Below, piece by piece: positions 49,556 to 59,707 of a stretch of DNA of 64,000 bases; position 1 is the first letter of the stretch, and every line of letters starts with the position of its first letter. The DNA lies in NCBI GenBank assembly GCA_965197905.1, contig CBDAOB010000005.1, positions 1,696,001-1,760,000 of the forward strand, given 5' to 3'. The notes below the pieces were generated by a model that was given only the letters and a program-made list of their open reading frames with translations, was not told where the DNA came from and made no database searches. The stretch comes from Candidatus Latescibacterota bacterium (GTDB taxonomy: Bacteria; Latescibacterota; UBA2968; UBA8231). A program made the translations under genes and the position numbers.

Positions 49556-50986
49556 CTACAGATCCCCCCTTTGCGTTTTCAGCTGCTGCACTTTCTCTAG
49601 GAGAATCTTGATTCTCGGGAATTCAGGGTTGAGCGCGGCCGCGCGTTGGAAGGCGGCTTCGGCTTCATCGAGCGCTCCAAGTTTCTGATTCGCAACCCCG
49701 ATCCCCACAAACGCCTGCTCAAGGGTCGAATCAAGCTCGACGGCTCTCTGCAAATGGGCAAGTCCCGCATGCCATTGTTCGAGTTCGCACTGAACCAGGC
49801 CCAGCGGCAGGAGACGCCAAGGATTGTGCGGGTCGTATTGCAAGGCTTGTTCGAAGGCATCTGCCGCCGCCCGGTATTGGCCCATGTCCGCCAAAATAGT
49901 GCCTTTCTTCCCATACGCTTCTGCTGGCTCTGGATCCAGATCAATAACCCTCTCCAGGTGTTGGAGCGCCTGGGTCGAGTTTTGCAGATCCATATATGCT
50001 GATGCAATGCCAGAGTGGAGCTGGGCGTCTTCGGAATGACTGCTCAGTGCGGTGCTGAAGGCCGCGAGTGCTCGCCCGGGACGTCTTTGCGCGATATATG
50101 CCCTGCCAAGGTTGCTCAGGAGAGTCAGATCATCCGGGTGATGTTGTCGCAGCTTTTCCAACATGACAATGCCAGAATCCAGCTGCCCTACCTCGAAGAG
50201 TCGACGAACCCTGCCGAGCTTCGCGTCCAAACCCGCCTTGTACAGAATCACTTCTTCGTCCCACGCATCCTGGCGCCACACCGGCGCGCTTCCAGCGCCG
50301 CGTTCCAGTTCGACGCGGGCTTCCTGCCAGCGTCCCAGCTGGCGGTAGGCCGTCCCCAAAAGCAGGTGCGCGTAGGCGTCATCCGGCCACTCTACCATCA
50401 TCCTCTTGAGCACTGCAGCGGCCTGCTCGGGCCGTTGCTCCTGCAAGAGCACCCGAGCCAGGCCCCACCAGCCAGCCGGGTCGCCCGCATCGAGGGCGAT
50501 GGCACGCTCAAACGATGCCTGCGCCTGCTCCAGATGACCTCTTTCCAGCTGCCAGAGACCCAGGTGCCAGCGGACCGGGGCAAAATCGGGCGCCAACTCG
50601 ACAACCCGCTGGGCCGCTGCCATGGCTCCGACGCGATCCCCCATAATCATTTTGATCTTCGCCACCCGGTACCAGGCCTTTGGCTGGGTGGCGTCGAGCG
50701 AGAGGGCTTTTTGGTAACTTTCGAGGGCCAGGGCGATGAGAAGATTTGCTTCATAGACGTAGCCCAGACGCTTCCACAGCTCCGGCTCGCCGGGGTCTGC
50801 AGAGATCGCTTTGAGGGTTTCCTCGACTCGTGCGACGAGGGTCGGCTCCTTACCCTGGAGGATAGCCGGCACGGTGAGGTCGGCGGGCCAGGAACGCCAG
50901 AGTGCGAAGCTGCCGACCGCGACGGTTGCCACGGCAATGAACAGCGCGGTAAAGCGTCCATCGATTATCTTGCGACTTGAGTGCAT
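49556..50986 (-). CDS. Membrane-anchored TPR protein
   Basis: N-terminal TM, multiple TPRs (LG..YE..A..YQKALSLD). Confidence 0.85.
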   Translation of the reverse strand: MHSSRKIIDGRFTALFIAVATVAVGSFALWRSWPADLTVPAILQGKEPTLVARVEETLKAISADPGEPELWKRLGYVYEANLLIALALESYQKALSLDATQPKAWYRVAKIKMIMGDRVGAMAAAQRVVELAPDFAPVRWHLGLWQLERGHLEQAQASFERAIALDAGDPAGWWGLARVLLQEQRPEQAAAVLKRMMVEWPDDAYAHLLLGTAYRQLGRWQEARVELERGAGSAPVWRQDAWDEEVILYKAGLDAKLGRVRRLFEVGQLDSGIVMLEKLRQHHPDDLTLLSNLGRAYIAQRRPGRALAAFSTALSSHSEDAQLHSGIASAYMDLQNSTQALQHLERVIDLDPEPAEAYGKKGTILADMGQYRAAADAFEQALQYDPHNPWRLLPLGLVQCELEQWHAGLAHLQRAVELDSTLEQAFVGIGVANQKLGALDEAEAAFQRAAALNPEFPRIKILLEKVQQLKTQRGDL

Positions 50987-51417
50987 GGAGGTGAAAAGCC
51001 GTTTTGCGTATGTGCGCAAGGCCGCCTCGATAAGCGGACGTGGAGAGAGAGACGATCGTGTTTCCTCGCGGGGGAAACAGGTCACGAGGAGAAGCAGCAG
51101 GGCGGAAAATAGGTTAAACGTTGCCATATTTCCACCGTTCCTGATAAGAGGCGGTCGGTTATGCGCATGGAGTAACGCTATCAGGATTTGCGGATCTGGT
51201 CTGGTGCCGGCCGGCGGTAACCGCACGCCGGGTAATGGGGCCGCTGTCGGCCAATTTCGTTCCTCCGTAGATTGTGCAGGTGGTCACCAACCATCCAACT
51301 CCTGCTGGTCACTCTCATCTGACGTTCGCCCCGGGGAAAAAGCCACTGCAATCGGTCCGGCCTTGCGACGCAAGCAGACCGCCTCCTGAAATCCCGCGCA
51401 GGGGTAAGGAGGTCGCC

Positions 51418-52800
51418 TTGAAGATTTTGGCTATAGCCGGCGTCTTCGCATTCGTCATTTCCTGTACCCAACCTGAGAGTCCAAGGGCCGTTTTTCCATC
51501 GATTCTGCATGGCAAGGACCCAAGCCTGGTAGCATGGGTGAGGAAGTCGATCGAAGCGGCCAATCGCGAACCGGAGAAATCAGAATCCTGGCTCGAGCTC
51601 GGTTACATTTATGAGGCGAACAGTCTGGACTCTCTGGCAGTGGTTACCTACGATCTGGCCATTGCGGTCAACCCCACCAATGCCCGTGCCTGGTACCGAA
51701 TCTTCGTCGTTTCCCATAGGCAAAGAGATCAGGAGCGCGCCGACGAAGCGAACTCGCGTTTGCTCGAGCTTGCCCCGGACTACGCACCGCTGCACATCCG
51801 CTCGGGATACTGGCACCTCGACCTAGGGCGATCATCGGAAGCGGGGTCGTCCTTCCAGCGGGCAGTCGAGCTCGATTCGGGCAATCCTGGCGGCCACTGG
51901 GGTTTGGCCCGGATCATGATGCTGGAGAATGAGCCGGATAAGGCGAGCGAGCTTCTAGAGAGCTTGCTGCGACGGCGACCGGACGATCCGTATTCCTACC
52001 AGTTGTTGGGAACTGCTTACCGTCAAGCGGGTCGCTGGCAAGAAGCCCAAAGAGTTCTGGCGAACAGGGAGAGCGCGGGAAAGGTCTGGCCGGATCCATG
52101 GCATGAGGAGGTCCAGCCATACGAGACCGGGTTACAGGTCGAGCTCAAGCGGGTTCGTGCCTACCTCGCACAAGGGGCACCACGAGTAGCGATCGTCACA
52201 TTGGACCACCTCCGGAAAGTGCATCCGGAGAGCATCATCGTGCTGAAGATGCTCGGCAAGACCCTGGGGCAGACCGAACAATGGGAACGGGCGCTGGATG
52301 TCTTCAGCCAGGCGCAGAGCAAAGCTCCAGACGATGCCGAACTCTTCCAGGGCATTGCCTCGGTCTATTTCGGTATGGGGGATGTGGATAAGGCGATGTC
52401 TCAGTTGGAGCTCGCGCTGGCGATCGATTCGACATTGGCCAGCGCCCACGCCGGTCGCGGCAGCATTCTTATGCTACGACGTCAGCTGCCGCAAGCAGCA
52501 CTTGCGTTTCAGATGGCGGCGCGCTTTGAGCCCGACGATCCGTCACACCTGGTGCAGCTGGGAATGGTTCAGTGCGACCTCAAGCAATGGGGGGAAGGAC
52601 GGACGAGCTTCATGAGCGCGGTGGCCATCGATTCCACCCTGTACGAAGGTTACCTCGGGTGGGCCGTTGCGGAGCGCAATATGGGCAACCTGCGTGCAGC
52701 AGAGCAGGCACTGCTGCGCGCCGAGGCGCTGAAACCGGAATCCGAGACGGTGAAATCGCTTCTGCAAACGGTTCGTCGACAGCGATCGGATTCGAATTGA
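51418..52800 (+). CDS. TPR lipoprotein (paralog of 49556-50986)
   Basis: AAGGAGG + TTG start; VISC lipobox; shared ILxGKxPxLVA, LGYxYEAN, ELAPDxAP. Confidence 0.85.
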   Translation: MKILAIAGVFAFVISCTQPESPRAVFPSILHGKDPSLVAWVRKSIEAANREPEKSESWLELGYIYEANSLDSLAVVTYDLAIAVNPTNARAWYRIFVVSHRQRDQERADEANSRLLELAPDYAPLHIRSGYWHLDLGRSSEAGSSFQRAVELDSGNPGGHWGLARIMMLENEPDKASELLESLLRRRPDDPYSYQLLGTAYRQAGRWQEAQRVLANRESAGKVWPDPWHEEVQPYETGLQVELKRVRAYLAQGAPRVAIVTLDHLRKVHPESIIVLKMLGKTLGQTEQWERALDVFSQAQSKAPDDAELFQGIASVYFGMGDVDKAMSQLELALAIDSTLASAHAGRGSILMLRRQLPQAALAFQMAARFEPDDPSHLVQLGMVQCDLKQWGEGRTSFMSAVAIDSTLYEGYLGWAVAERNMGNLRAAEQALLRAEALKPESETVKSLLQTVRRQRSDSN

Positions 52801-52971
52801 GTTGGTCCGCCCCCTGCACATGCCGGCAGGCACAAACCCGGGTCTTCGGTCACTCTGTTCGCGCTCGCACTGGACGGGGTGCAGCGAGGCTAGCGATCCG
52901 CCACCACTGACGCAGTTCGATATGGAGAACGACGGCGACTCAGCCGCCGCGACCTGAGGTTGTTAGTCGAT

Positions 52972-54090
52972 CTATTGCTTGACGTCGAACGGCAGCGGAT
53001 GAAAATCGACGCCGACGGTCTCTGCTACTCCGCGATGAGTAATCTTTCCACGGATCATGTTTAGACCATGCGCCAGACCCTGGTCGATGCGGCAGGCCTC
53101 TTCCCACCCTCGGTTCGCGATCTCCAGGACGTACGGAAAGGTGGCGTTGGAAAGTGCCATGGTGGCCGTGCGAGGAACGGCGCCCGGCAGATTCGCAACC
53201 CCGCAGTGTACCACACCATCCACGACATAGGTCGGATCGTGATGTGTTGTGGGGTGCATGGTTTCTACGCACCCCCCCTGATCGACTGCCACATCAATGA
53301 TCACCGACCCTTTCTTCATCCAGTGCAACATCTCTTTGGTTACCAAGGTTGGTGACTTGGCTCCAGGTAGCAGGACAGCCCCAATGAGGAGGTCTGCTGA
53401 GGGCACCAATTTCTCGAGATTGTAGCTGTTGGATACCAGGGCGGTTACGTTGGGTGGCATCACCTGTGAAAGATGTCGCAACGGGGTGTTGTCGATATCG
53501 AGCACGAACACCGTAGCGCCGATACCTGCGGCAGTGCGTGCTGCGCTCTGACCTACCACACCCCCTCCGAGGATCAAAACGTCGGCGGGGGCAACCCCGG
53601 GCAAGCCGCCGAGGAGCACTCCCCTCCCTCCCTGCGGAGCCTCGAGGTATTTCGCCCCTTCCTGAACGGCCATGCGGCCGGCAATCTCACTCATGGGAAT
53701 CAGGAGCGGCCGCGAGCCGTCGGCGGCTTGGACGGTCTCGTAGGCGATGGCGATTGCTTCGGTTTCGGCGAATCGGTTGGTCAATTCCAGGCTGGCGGCA
53801 AAATGGAAGAACGTGAATACGATCTGCCCTTCGCGGATCAGTTCGAACTCCCCGTCTAGGGGCTCTTTGACCTTTAGGATCAGATCTGCCTGGGCAAATA
53901 CCTCCTCCACCGTGTCGACGACAATCGCCCCTTCTTCCATGTAAGATTCGTCGGTCACCCCGGCTCCGATGCCCGCTTCTTGCTCGAAATAGACGTCGTG
54001 GCCCGCTTCTACGAGCGCACGCACTCCGAACGGCAGCAGCCCTACACGCCTTTCATCTTCTTTGATTTCTTTAGGCACTCCGATTATCAT
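52972..54090 (-). CDS. ald: Alanine dehydrogenase
   Basis: MIIGVPKEIK, PMSEIAGRM, GGGVVG, DVAVDQGGC, ANLPGAVPRT. Confidence 0.95.
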   Translation of the reverse strand: MIIGVPKEIKEDERRVGLLPFGVRALVEAGHDVYFEQEAGIGAGVTDESYMEEGAIVVDTVEEVFAQADLILKVKEPLDGEFELIREGQIVFTFFHFAASLELTNRFAETEAIAIAYETVQAADGSRPLLIPMSEIAGRMAVQEGAKYLEAPQGGRGVLLGGLPGVAPADVLILGGGVVGQSAARTAAGIGATVFVLDIDNTPLRHLSQVMPPNVTALVSNSYNLEKLVPSADLLIGAVLLPGAKSPTLVTKEMLHWMKKGSVIIDVAVDQGGCVETMHPTTHHDPTYVVDGVVHCGVANLPGAVPRTATMALSNATFPYVLEIANRGWEEACRIDQGLAHGLNMIRGKITHRGVAETVGVDFHPLPFDVKQ

Positions 54091-54112
54091 CTGGCTCTCT
54101 CCCGCGATTCGT

Positions 54113-55093
54113 TTATGTGCAAGCGACTGTTTCACCGGTGCGGGCCGAGGCGTAGATCGCCTCAAGCAGGGCGACGGTTCGACGACCTTCCCGTCCATTG
54201 ACTCGCATCTCCCCGTCCGTCTCCAACGCCTCGACCATATCCTCGATCACATTCTGCAACCTGTTTTCGTATCCATTCAGATGCTGCTCCAGGCCGTCAC
54301 CGATGATCTGCATCTTGCCTGTGAGTACGTCGTCGATTAGAATGGCGCCGCCGGTGCCGTGGACCTCGGCACTAAAATAGGCGTCTGTTGGGAAGGTCGT
54401 CGTTCCCATAACCGTCCCCTTGGCGCCGCTGGTAAAGTTGACGATGGCCAGCCCGATATCTTCGGTCTCGATGTCGTGATTCATGATCGCCGTCTCGCCG
54501 TAGACCCGTTTCGGATCACCCATAAACCACAGCAGGATATCGACCAGATGAGCTCCTTGGTTCGCCAGCGATCCGCCTCCATCCATCCTCCAGGTGCCGC
54601 GCCAGCCGCCTCCGTGGGCGAAATAATCGGCCGAGCGAAACCACTTGAAGCGCACCTCTCCTAAGATCGGCTTGCCCAAACACCCGTCTTTCAATGCGCT
54701 GGCGACGCGTACGTTTTCATCCACGTAGCGACTCTGATAGTCAACCCCGATCTTGACACCTGCCCTCTCCCCGGCGGCGATCAGGCGATCGCACGCTTCC
54801 ACCGACACGTCCATGGGTTTGGTGACAATCAGGTGTTTGCCCGCCTCCACCACCTTGACCCCCAGGTCGGCGTGGGTTCCGCTTGGCGTCACAATCATAA
54901 CCACGTCCACATCCGGGCGGCCCAAGGCATCGTCGAGATTGCTGCTCCAATCGCACCCAAGCTCCTCTGCCACTTCCGTCGCCAGCGCCGCGTTCAGATC
55001 AACAACGACTTTCAACTCAGCGCCGGCGGTCTCTTTGATCATGCGGGCACGATTGCGGCCCATGCCGAGGCCAACCATGGCGAATCCTGGCAT
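54113..55093 (-). CDS. Gfo/Idh/MocA family oxidoreductase
   Basis: VGLGMG, TPSGTH, GKHLIVTKP, DGGGSLANQGAHLVD. Confidence 0.92.
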   Translation of the reverse strand: MPGFAMVGLGMGRNRARMIKETAGAELKVVVDLNAALATEVAEELGCDWSSNLDDALGRPDVDVVMIVTPSGTHADLGVKVVEAGKHLIVTKPMDVSVEACDRLIAAGERAGVKIGVDYQSRYVDENVRVASALKDGCLGKPILGEVRFKWFRSADYFAHGGGWRGTWRMDGGGSLANQGAHLVDILLWFMGDPKRVYGETAIMNHDIETEDIGLAIVNFTSGAKGTVMGTTTFPTDAYFSAEVHGTGGAILIDDVLTGKMQIIGDGLEQHLNGYENRLQNVIEDMVEALETDGEMRVNGREGRRTVALLEAIYASARTGETVACT

Positions 55094-55100
55094 ACTTACT

Positions 55101-55967
55101 TCAGCCCCCCTTTAGAAACTGTTCGATGTACTCCCGCGATCGCAGGATCCCTTCCTGCTGCAATTCAGGTGTAGCGGAGAAGTGGTGATCCTCCAGCTCG
55201 ATGCTCAGCACGCCATCGTAGCCGGCTTCTTCCAGCCGCCGGATGACCTGATTCCAGTCCACTTCCCCTTCCCCCGGAATGGTGTAACGCCACCAACCTT
55301 CTCCATACCTGAAACTCCGGGCATGGGTTTCTCCGAGTATGCCCGATTCGTACAACCTTTCGGAGATGATTTCGGTGTCCTTCAAGTGTACGTGGCGGAC
55401 CCGGTCGCCGAATTCGTGCAGTAGCCGCAGATAATCGATCTGAATGCGCGCGAAGTGGGAAGGATCGTAGCAGATGCCCAGATTGGCCGACGGAACGATC
55501 TCGAAGATACGTCGCAGACTTTCGGGTGTGCACCCCAGATTCGGATAATACGGTGCTGGTCCCGGATACGGCTCGATGGCGATCTGGACCCCTTCGCTCT
55601 CGGCATGCTCCGCCACCTTTGGATAGATCTTGGAAAAGATTTCGAAGCTCGTCTGACGCGTTTGGGTCGGATCGTCCGGAGAGAGGAGGACGAAGCAGGT
55701 ATGCCCGCCAAACCGCTTGATGGCTGAAATATCTTTCTTGAACTGGGTCAGCGCTTTGCGGCGGACCGCCGCATTTTTTGACAGAAGCCCCTGGTCGGTC
55801 GCGTCACAAGACCCGATCTCGAGCCGGTTGGTGGCGCATATACGCGCGATATCCGCTGTGAGTGCTGGAGTGTCCGCCGCTTCGAACCCGTTCTCCGCTA
55901 ACCAGTTGGCATATTTCTTGAAGCCAATCTTACCCGCGAACGGCGGCATACGCGTTCCAATCTTCAT
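55101..55967 (-). CDS. Sugar phosphate isomerase/epimerase (TIM barrel)
   Basis: IAIEP, YDPSH, HVHLKD, PGEGEVDW, GVLSIELED. Confidence 0.9.
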   Translation of the reverse strand: MKIGTRMPPFAGKIGFKKYANWLAENGFEAADTPALTADIARICATNRLEIGSCDATDQGLLSKNAAVRRKALTQFKKDISAIKRFGGHTCFVLLSPDDPTQTRQTSFEIFSKIYPKVAEHAESEGVQIAIEPYPGPAPYYPNLGCTPESLRRIFEIVPSANLGICYDPSHFARIQIDYLRLLHEFGDRVRHVHLKDTEIISERLYESGILGETHARSFRYGEGWWRYTIPGEGEVDWNQVIRRLEEAGYDGVLSIELEDHHFSATPELQQEGILRSREYIEQFLKGG

Positions 55968-55983
55968 TCCGTACTCCTTCGAA

Positions 55984-57201
55984 TCAGGATCCAGCGCGAG
56001 GCTCGGTCCGCGCCAGATCTGTGGCCGCACGTTGCTCGAACCCCACCGCCTGCGTGGGGATCCCCGTGTTGATCCACTGACTGCAAATCAGCGACACCAA
56101 TGCGAGGGCGGCGCCGCTGAAAAATATCACCTGATAACCGAAGAAATGCCAGGCGAGCCCGCCGGCTACAGGGGCGACGACGGCGGAAATGTGGTTCATG
56201 GTGATGCCCATCGAGATGGTAGGTTTCAGTTCTTCTTTTGGCGCGATCTTGTGAATGTAGGTAGTCAGGGCGATGCTGCCGAAAAAAATCAGATTGTCTA
56301 TGCAGTACAGGGCGTACAAGGTCTGGCGGTGTTCGACAACGGCATACCCCAGGAAAACGAAGATGAGTCCCAGATAGCTGACGCTCAACATGACCCGTTC
56401 CCCGAGCTTGTCGATCAATCGGCCCAGCGTCGGCCCGGTCAAGGTGATCAAGCTTTGATTGATGAGCACCAGAATCATGGTAGTCTCCACCGGCATGCCG
56501 TGGACCTTGACCAGCGCAAAGATCGCGAAGGTGATAAACATCTGCTTGCGGCAGCCCTGCAGGAAGTTCAACAGATAGAACAGGAAATACCTGCGGTGGA
56601 AGACGAAGCTTTTCTCCCCTGCTATGCGGGTACTGCGACGGACGAAAATGAGCGCGGCCCCTCCCAGGACGGTCACCGCCCCGGCGGCGATAAACAAACC
56701 ATCGTAATGCAGATGAGGAAGCAGAAAGATGCAAGCTGCGATGGTAAGCAACATGCCGACGCTGTGGACAGAGCGCAGCTGACCGAGCCAGCGACCTTTG
56801 TTACCCTCGGGGGAAAGCGAAAGCGCGAGGCTCTGCTCGATGGGAATCCAGCAGTGAAACCCGATGCTCCAGACCACCGAATACAAAGCCAGGGCGCTTA
56901 CGGTCGCGACGCCGGCATACGCCATGAATCCCAAGCCCATCACGAGGAGCGAGACCGCGGCCACCAATGGAGGAGCGGCGCGAATTATGAGGGCGATGAA
57001 GAAGGCGTTGAGAAAGCCCGGTATCTCCCGCAGCGCTTCCACATAACCCAGCTCGTGGGCCTCGATGCCCAGACGTTCAACGATGAAATTGTTGAAAAGC
57101 GTGAGTTGCACCCCGAAGAAGACGCCGACCGAAAACACGGCTGCAGCCAGCATCGCAAAGCTGCCTGACCATTGGGCGAAGGGATTTCTGGGAATTCTCA
57201 A
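55984..57201 (-). CDS. MFS transporter
   Basis: About 12 TMs; EALREIPG, GRLIDKLGER. Confidence 0.88.
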   Translation of the reverse strand: MRIPRNPFAQWSGSFAMLAAAVFSVGVFFGVQLTLFNNFIVERLGIEAHELGYVEALREIPGFLNAFFIALIIRAAPPLVAAVSLLVMGLGFMAYAGVATVSALALYSVVWSIGFHCWIPIEQSLALSLSPEGNKGRWLGQLRSVHSVGMLLTIAACIFLLPHLHYDGLFIAAGAVTVLGGAALIFVRRSTRIAGEKSFVFHRRYFLFYLLNFLQGCRKQMFITFAIFALVKVHGMPVETTMILVLINQSLITLTGPTLGRLIDKLGERVMLSVSYLGLIFVFLGYAVVEHRQTLYALYCIDNLIFFGSIALTTYIHKIAPKEELKPTISMGITMNHISAVVAPVAGGLAWHFFGYQVIFFSGAALALVSLICSQWINTGIPTQAVGFEQRAATDLARTEPRAGS

Positions 57202-57320
57202 TGAGATAGCTGGTGGGATCTTTCGGAGCTTTATCTAAGCTGGTCGTCTCCCTGTTGTCAAGGAATCCGCTGACATTGCACCGCGATCCGGGTGACGCCT
57301 ATATTCCAGCCAACGATGCC

Positions 57321-58604
57321 ATGAATAGACGACGATTCCTCGAGGGAGCAGGGGCCTTCACCGCCTCCATGTTCGGCGCCTCCCTAACTAACCCCTCGCA
57401 AGCCGAACCACCAGCGGCGGCTCCGCGCTCAGCCGACGAAGCCGAGTTCTGGAAGCAGATCCGATCGGAGTTTCCCCTTGGAGACCACCGCATCTACTTG
57501 AATACCGGAGGGTTGGGGGCTTCACCTAGGGTGGCGATCGACGCGGTCAAAGACGAGATGGACAAGCTGGAACGCATTGCCGAGACCGGCCGTTCTGCAT
57601 CCCTGTGGGTATCCATCAAGTCGACCGCCGGCTCCCTGTTGGGATGTCCGGCCCGAAACATCGCCTACACGCGCAACGCGACTGAAGGCATCAACATTGT
57701 CTGCAACGGATTGCCGCTTGCGGCCGGCGACGAGGTTATCACCAGCGCCCACGAACACGTAGCCAATACCGTGACCTGGTTGGCGCGTCAACGATTCGAT
57801 GGGATTCGCCTGCGCGTATTTGAACCGTCCCTGCGGTCGGCGCAGGAGAACCTGGACCGGATCGAACGACTCATCACCCCGAGAACGCGCGTGTTGAGCC
57901 TGCCGCACGTCACGACCACCACCGGGCAGGTGATGCCGGTCGAAGACATAGGAGCGTTGGCGAGCTATCATGGCCTGTGGTATTTCCTCGATGGTGCTCA
58001 GGCGCCCGGCATGATGCCGGTCGACGTAGGTCGAATAGGATGTCACGCGTATGCGACCAGCGGCCACAAGTGGCTTCTAGGACCGAAAGGGACCGGACTG
58101 GTCTACGTGCACGACGAGGCCCTGGAGACGATTCGGCCACGATGGGTGGGTGCCCACTCGGCAGGTGGTCAACCGGACATGATATATACCGGTGAATTCC
58201 ATTTCGACGAGGGCGCTCAGCGCTACGAATTCGGGACGGTGAGCGTACCCTTGTTCATAGGTCTTGGCGCCTCCATGCGGTTTCTCTCCGATATAGGCAT
58301 GGGGCGTATATGGGCGCGAAACCGACAGATGGCCAGCACCCTGATGTCGGGCCTGGAAGCCGCTGGCGCCGAGGTGCTATCGCCATCCAACCCCGAGGAA
58401 CACAGCGCGATGATTACCTTCAGGTCCGATCGAATCCCGGCGCAGAAGCTGCAATCGGTGCTCGCTGGCCGCTACAGACTGCGTACGCGGAAGATCTACG
58501 AAGAGGGCCTAGATGCGGTGCGTGTCTCGCTACACCTGTACAACTCCCCCGAAGAGGTAGAAATTGTGCGATCGGCTGTGCGTGAGGTGTTGGAACGGAG
58601 CTAG
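57321..58604 (+). CDS. Tat-exported class V PLP aminotransferase (isopenicillin N epimerase/cysteine lyase-like)
   Basis: MNRRRFL Tat motif; YLNTG, RNATEG, DGAQ, SGHKWLLGPKGTG. Confidence 0.9.
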   Translation: MNRRRFLEGAGAFTASMFGASLTNPSQAEPPAAAPRSADEAEFWKQIRSEFPLGDHRIYLNTGGLGASPRVAIDAVKDEMDKLERIAETGRSASLWVSIKSTAGSLLGCPARNIAYTRNATEGINIVCNGLPLAAGDEVITSAHEHVANTVTWLARQRFDGIRLRVFEPSLRSAQENLDRIERLITPRTRVLSLPHVTTTTGQVMPVEDIGALASYHGLWYFLDGAQAPGMMPVDVGRIGCHAYATSGHKWLLGPKGTGLVYVHDEALETIRPRWVGAHSAGGQPDMIYTGEFHFDEGAQRYEFGTVSVPLFIGLGASMRFLSDIGMGRIWARNRQMASTLMSGLEAAGAEVLSPSNPEEHSAMITFRSDRIPAQKLQSVLAGRYRLRTRKIYEEGLDAVRVSLHLYNSPEEVEIVRSAVREVLERS

Positions 58605-58634
58605 TCCCGCGAGAATAGCAGGTCGCGTTGCCCT

Positions 58635-59699
58635 TCAGAATTCGAACTGCAGCGAGATTCGGTGCACGTTGTCGAGGATGCCGAACTCCGTGAAGGCGTA
58701 GTCGACAACGGTGTCGTACGCGCCGTAGGGCAGCAGCACTCCGAGCCCTAGTGTAAAACCTTCTTCCGTCCTGGGAGCTGAGAATCTGGACCCGGTGACC
58801 TCGTCCACCTTCGCGTCCGTCGAGTTCGAATAGTTGAACTTGTACCCCCCTCTCAGTTTCAGAAAGTCCCGGTACTCAGCTTCGGCCGCGGTGAACAGGA
58901 GTTGCTCGCTGTCCTGGGGTTTGGTCGCGTCTGCCAAAAGAGTGACCTTCAAACCCTGATCATTGTCAACCAGATCCACCGCTGACCCGATGCTGAACAG
59001 CAACGGCAACGGAGCAGCCACCTTGAAGAATTTCAAATCGTCGCCCAGGTTGTTGATGCGGGCGCCGATCCTCGCGCCTCGATAACCGACCCGGTATATG
59101 GCGCCGAAATCCACGGCAGCCGCCGTGGCGCTCAGCTCATCGATGTTCTGGTTGATGACCTTGGCAGTAGCGCCCAGGGTTAGCCTGTCGGTGAACTCTC
59201 GCGCCCACGAAACCTGCAATGCCAGGTCTTGGTAGTCATAGTTTCCCGATCCCGTATCTCGAAAGCCTGTATAGGTTGTTTCCAGCACTGGGGGAACCGC
59301 ATCGCGATCCGCTCCATCGGTATTGTCGACGCCCGCCAAGCCCAATCCTACCAGACCGACACCCAAGGTGCCAACATCCCCGAAATCGTGGAACATGGCC
59401 GCAGCGAAATGATTCAGATCTGCGATCCACCGATTGTACGACAGCGCAACCTGTGATCTACCCCCGTCGATGGCGATACCCGCGGGATTCCAGAACATCT
59501 GATTCGCGTCACCGGGTATGGTGGTATAGGCCGAACCCAGGGCGACGGCCCTGGCGCCGACACCGATCTTCAGAAAGGCAGCCCCCGTCAGCCCCGACTT
59601 GCGGATCGATGCCGATCCTGGAACCGCTCCTAGAAGCATCAGCGTTACGAGGATGACGAACAACCGCAAGCTACCCTTACATTTGTCTAAACTCATCAT
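58635..59699 (-). CDS. PorV/PorQ family outer membrane protein
   Basis: AAFLKIGVGARAVALG..FWNPAG; C-terminal HRISLQFEF. Confidence 0.88.
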   Translation of the reverse strand: MMSLDKCKGSLRLFVILVTLMLLGAVPGSASIRKSGLTGAAFLKIGVGARAVALGSAYTTIPGDANQMFWNPAGIAIDGGRSQVALSYNRWIADLNHFAAAMFHDFGDVGTLGVGLVGLGLAGVDNTDGADRDAVPPVLETTYTGFRDTGSGNYDYQDLALQVSWAREFTDRLTLGATAKVINQNIDELSATAAAVDFGAIYRVGYRGARIGARINNLGDDLKFFKVAAPLPLLFSIGSAVDLVDNDQGLKVTLLADATKPQDSEQLLFTAAEAEYRDFLKLRGGYKFNYSNSTDAKVDEVTGSRFSAPRTEEGFTLGLGVLLPYGAYDTVVDYAFTEFGILDNVHRISLQFEF

Positions 59700-59707
59700 A
59701 TCGATAG

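Noticed and set aside
55717..57168. 483-aa plus-strand ORF
   Set aside because: Antisense shadow of the MFS and isomerase genes in GC-rich DNA
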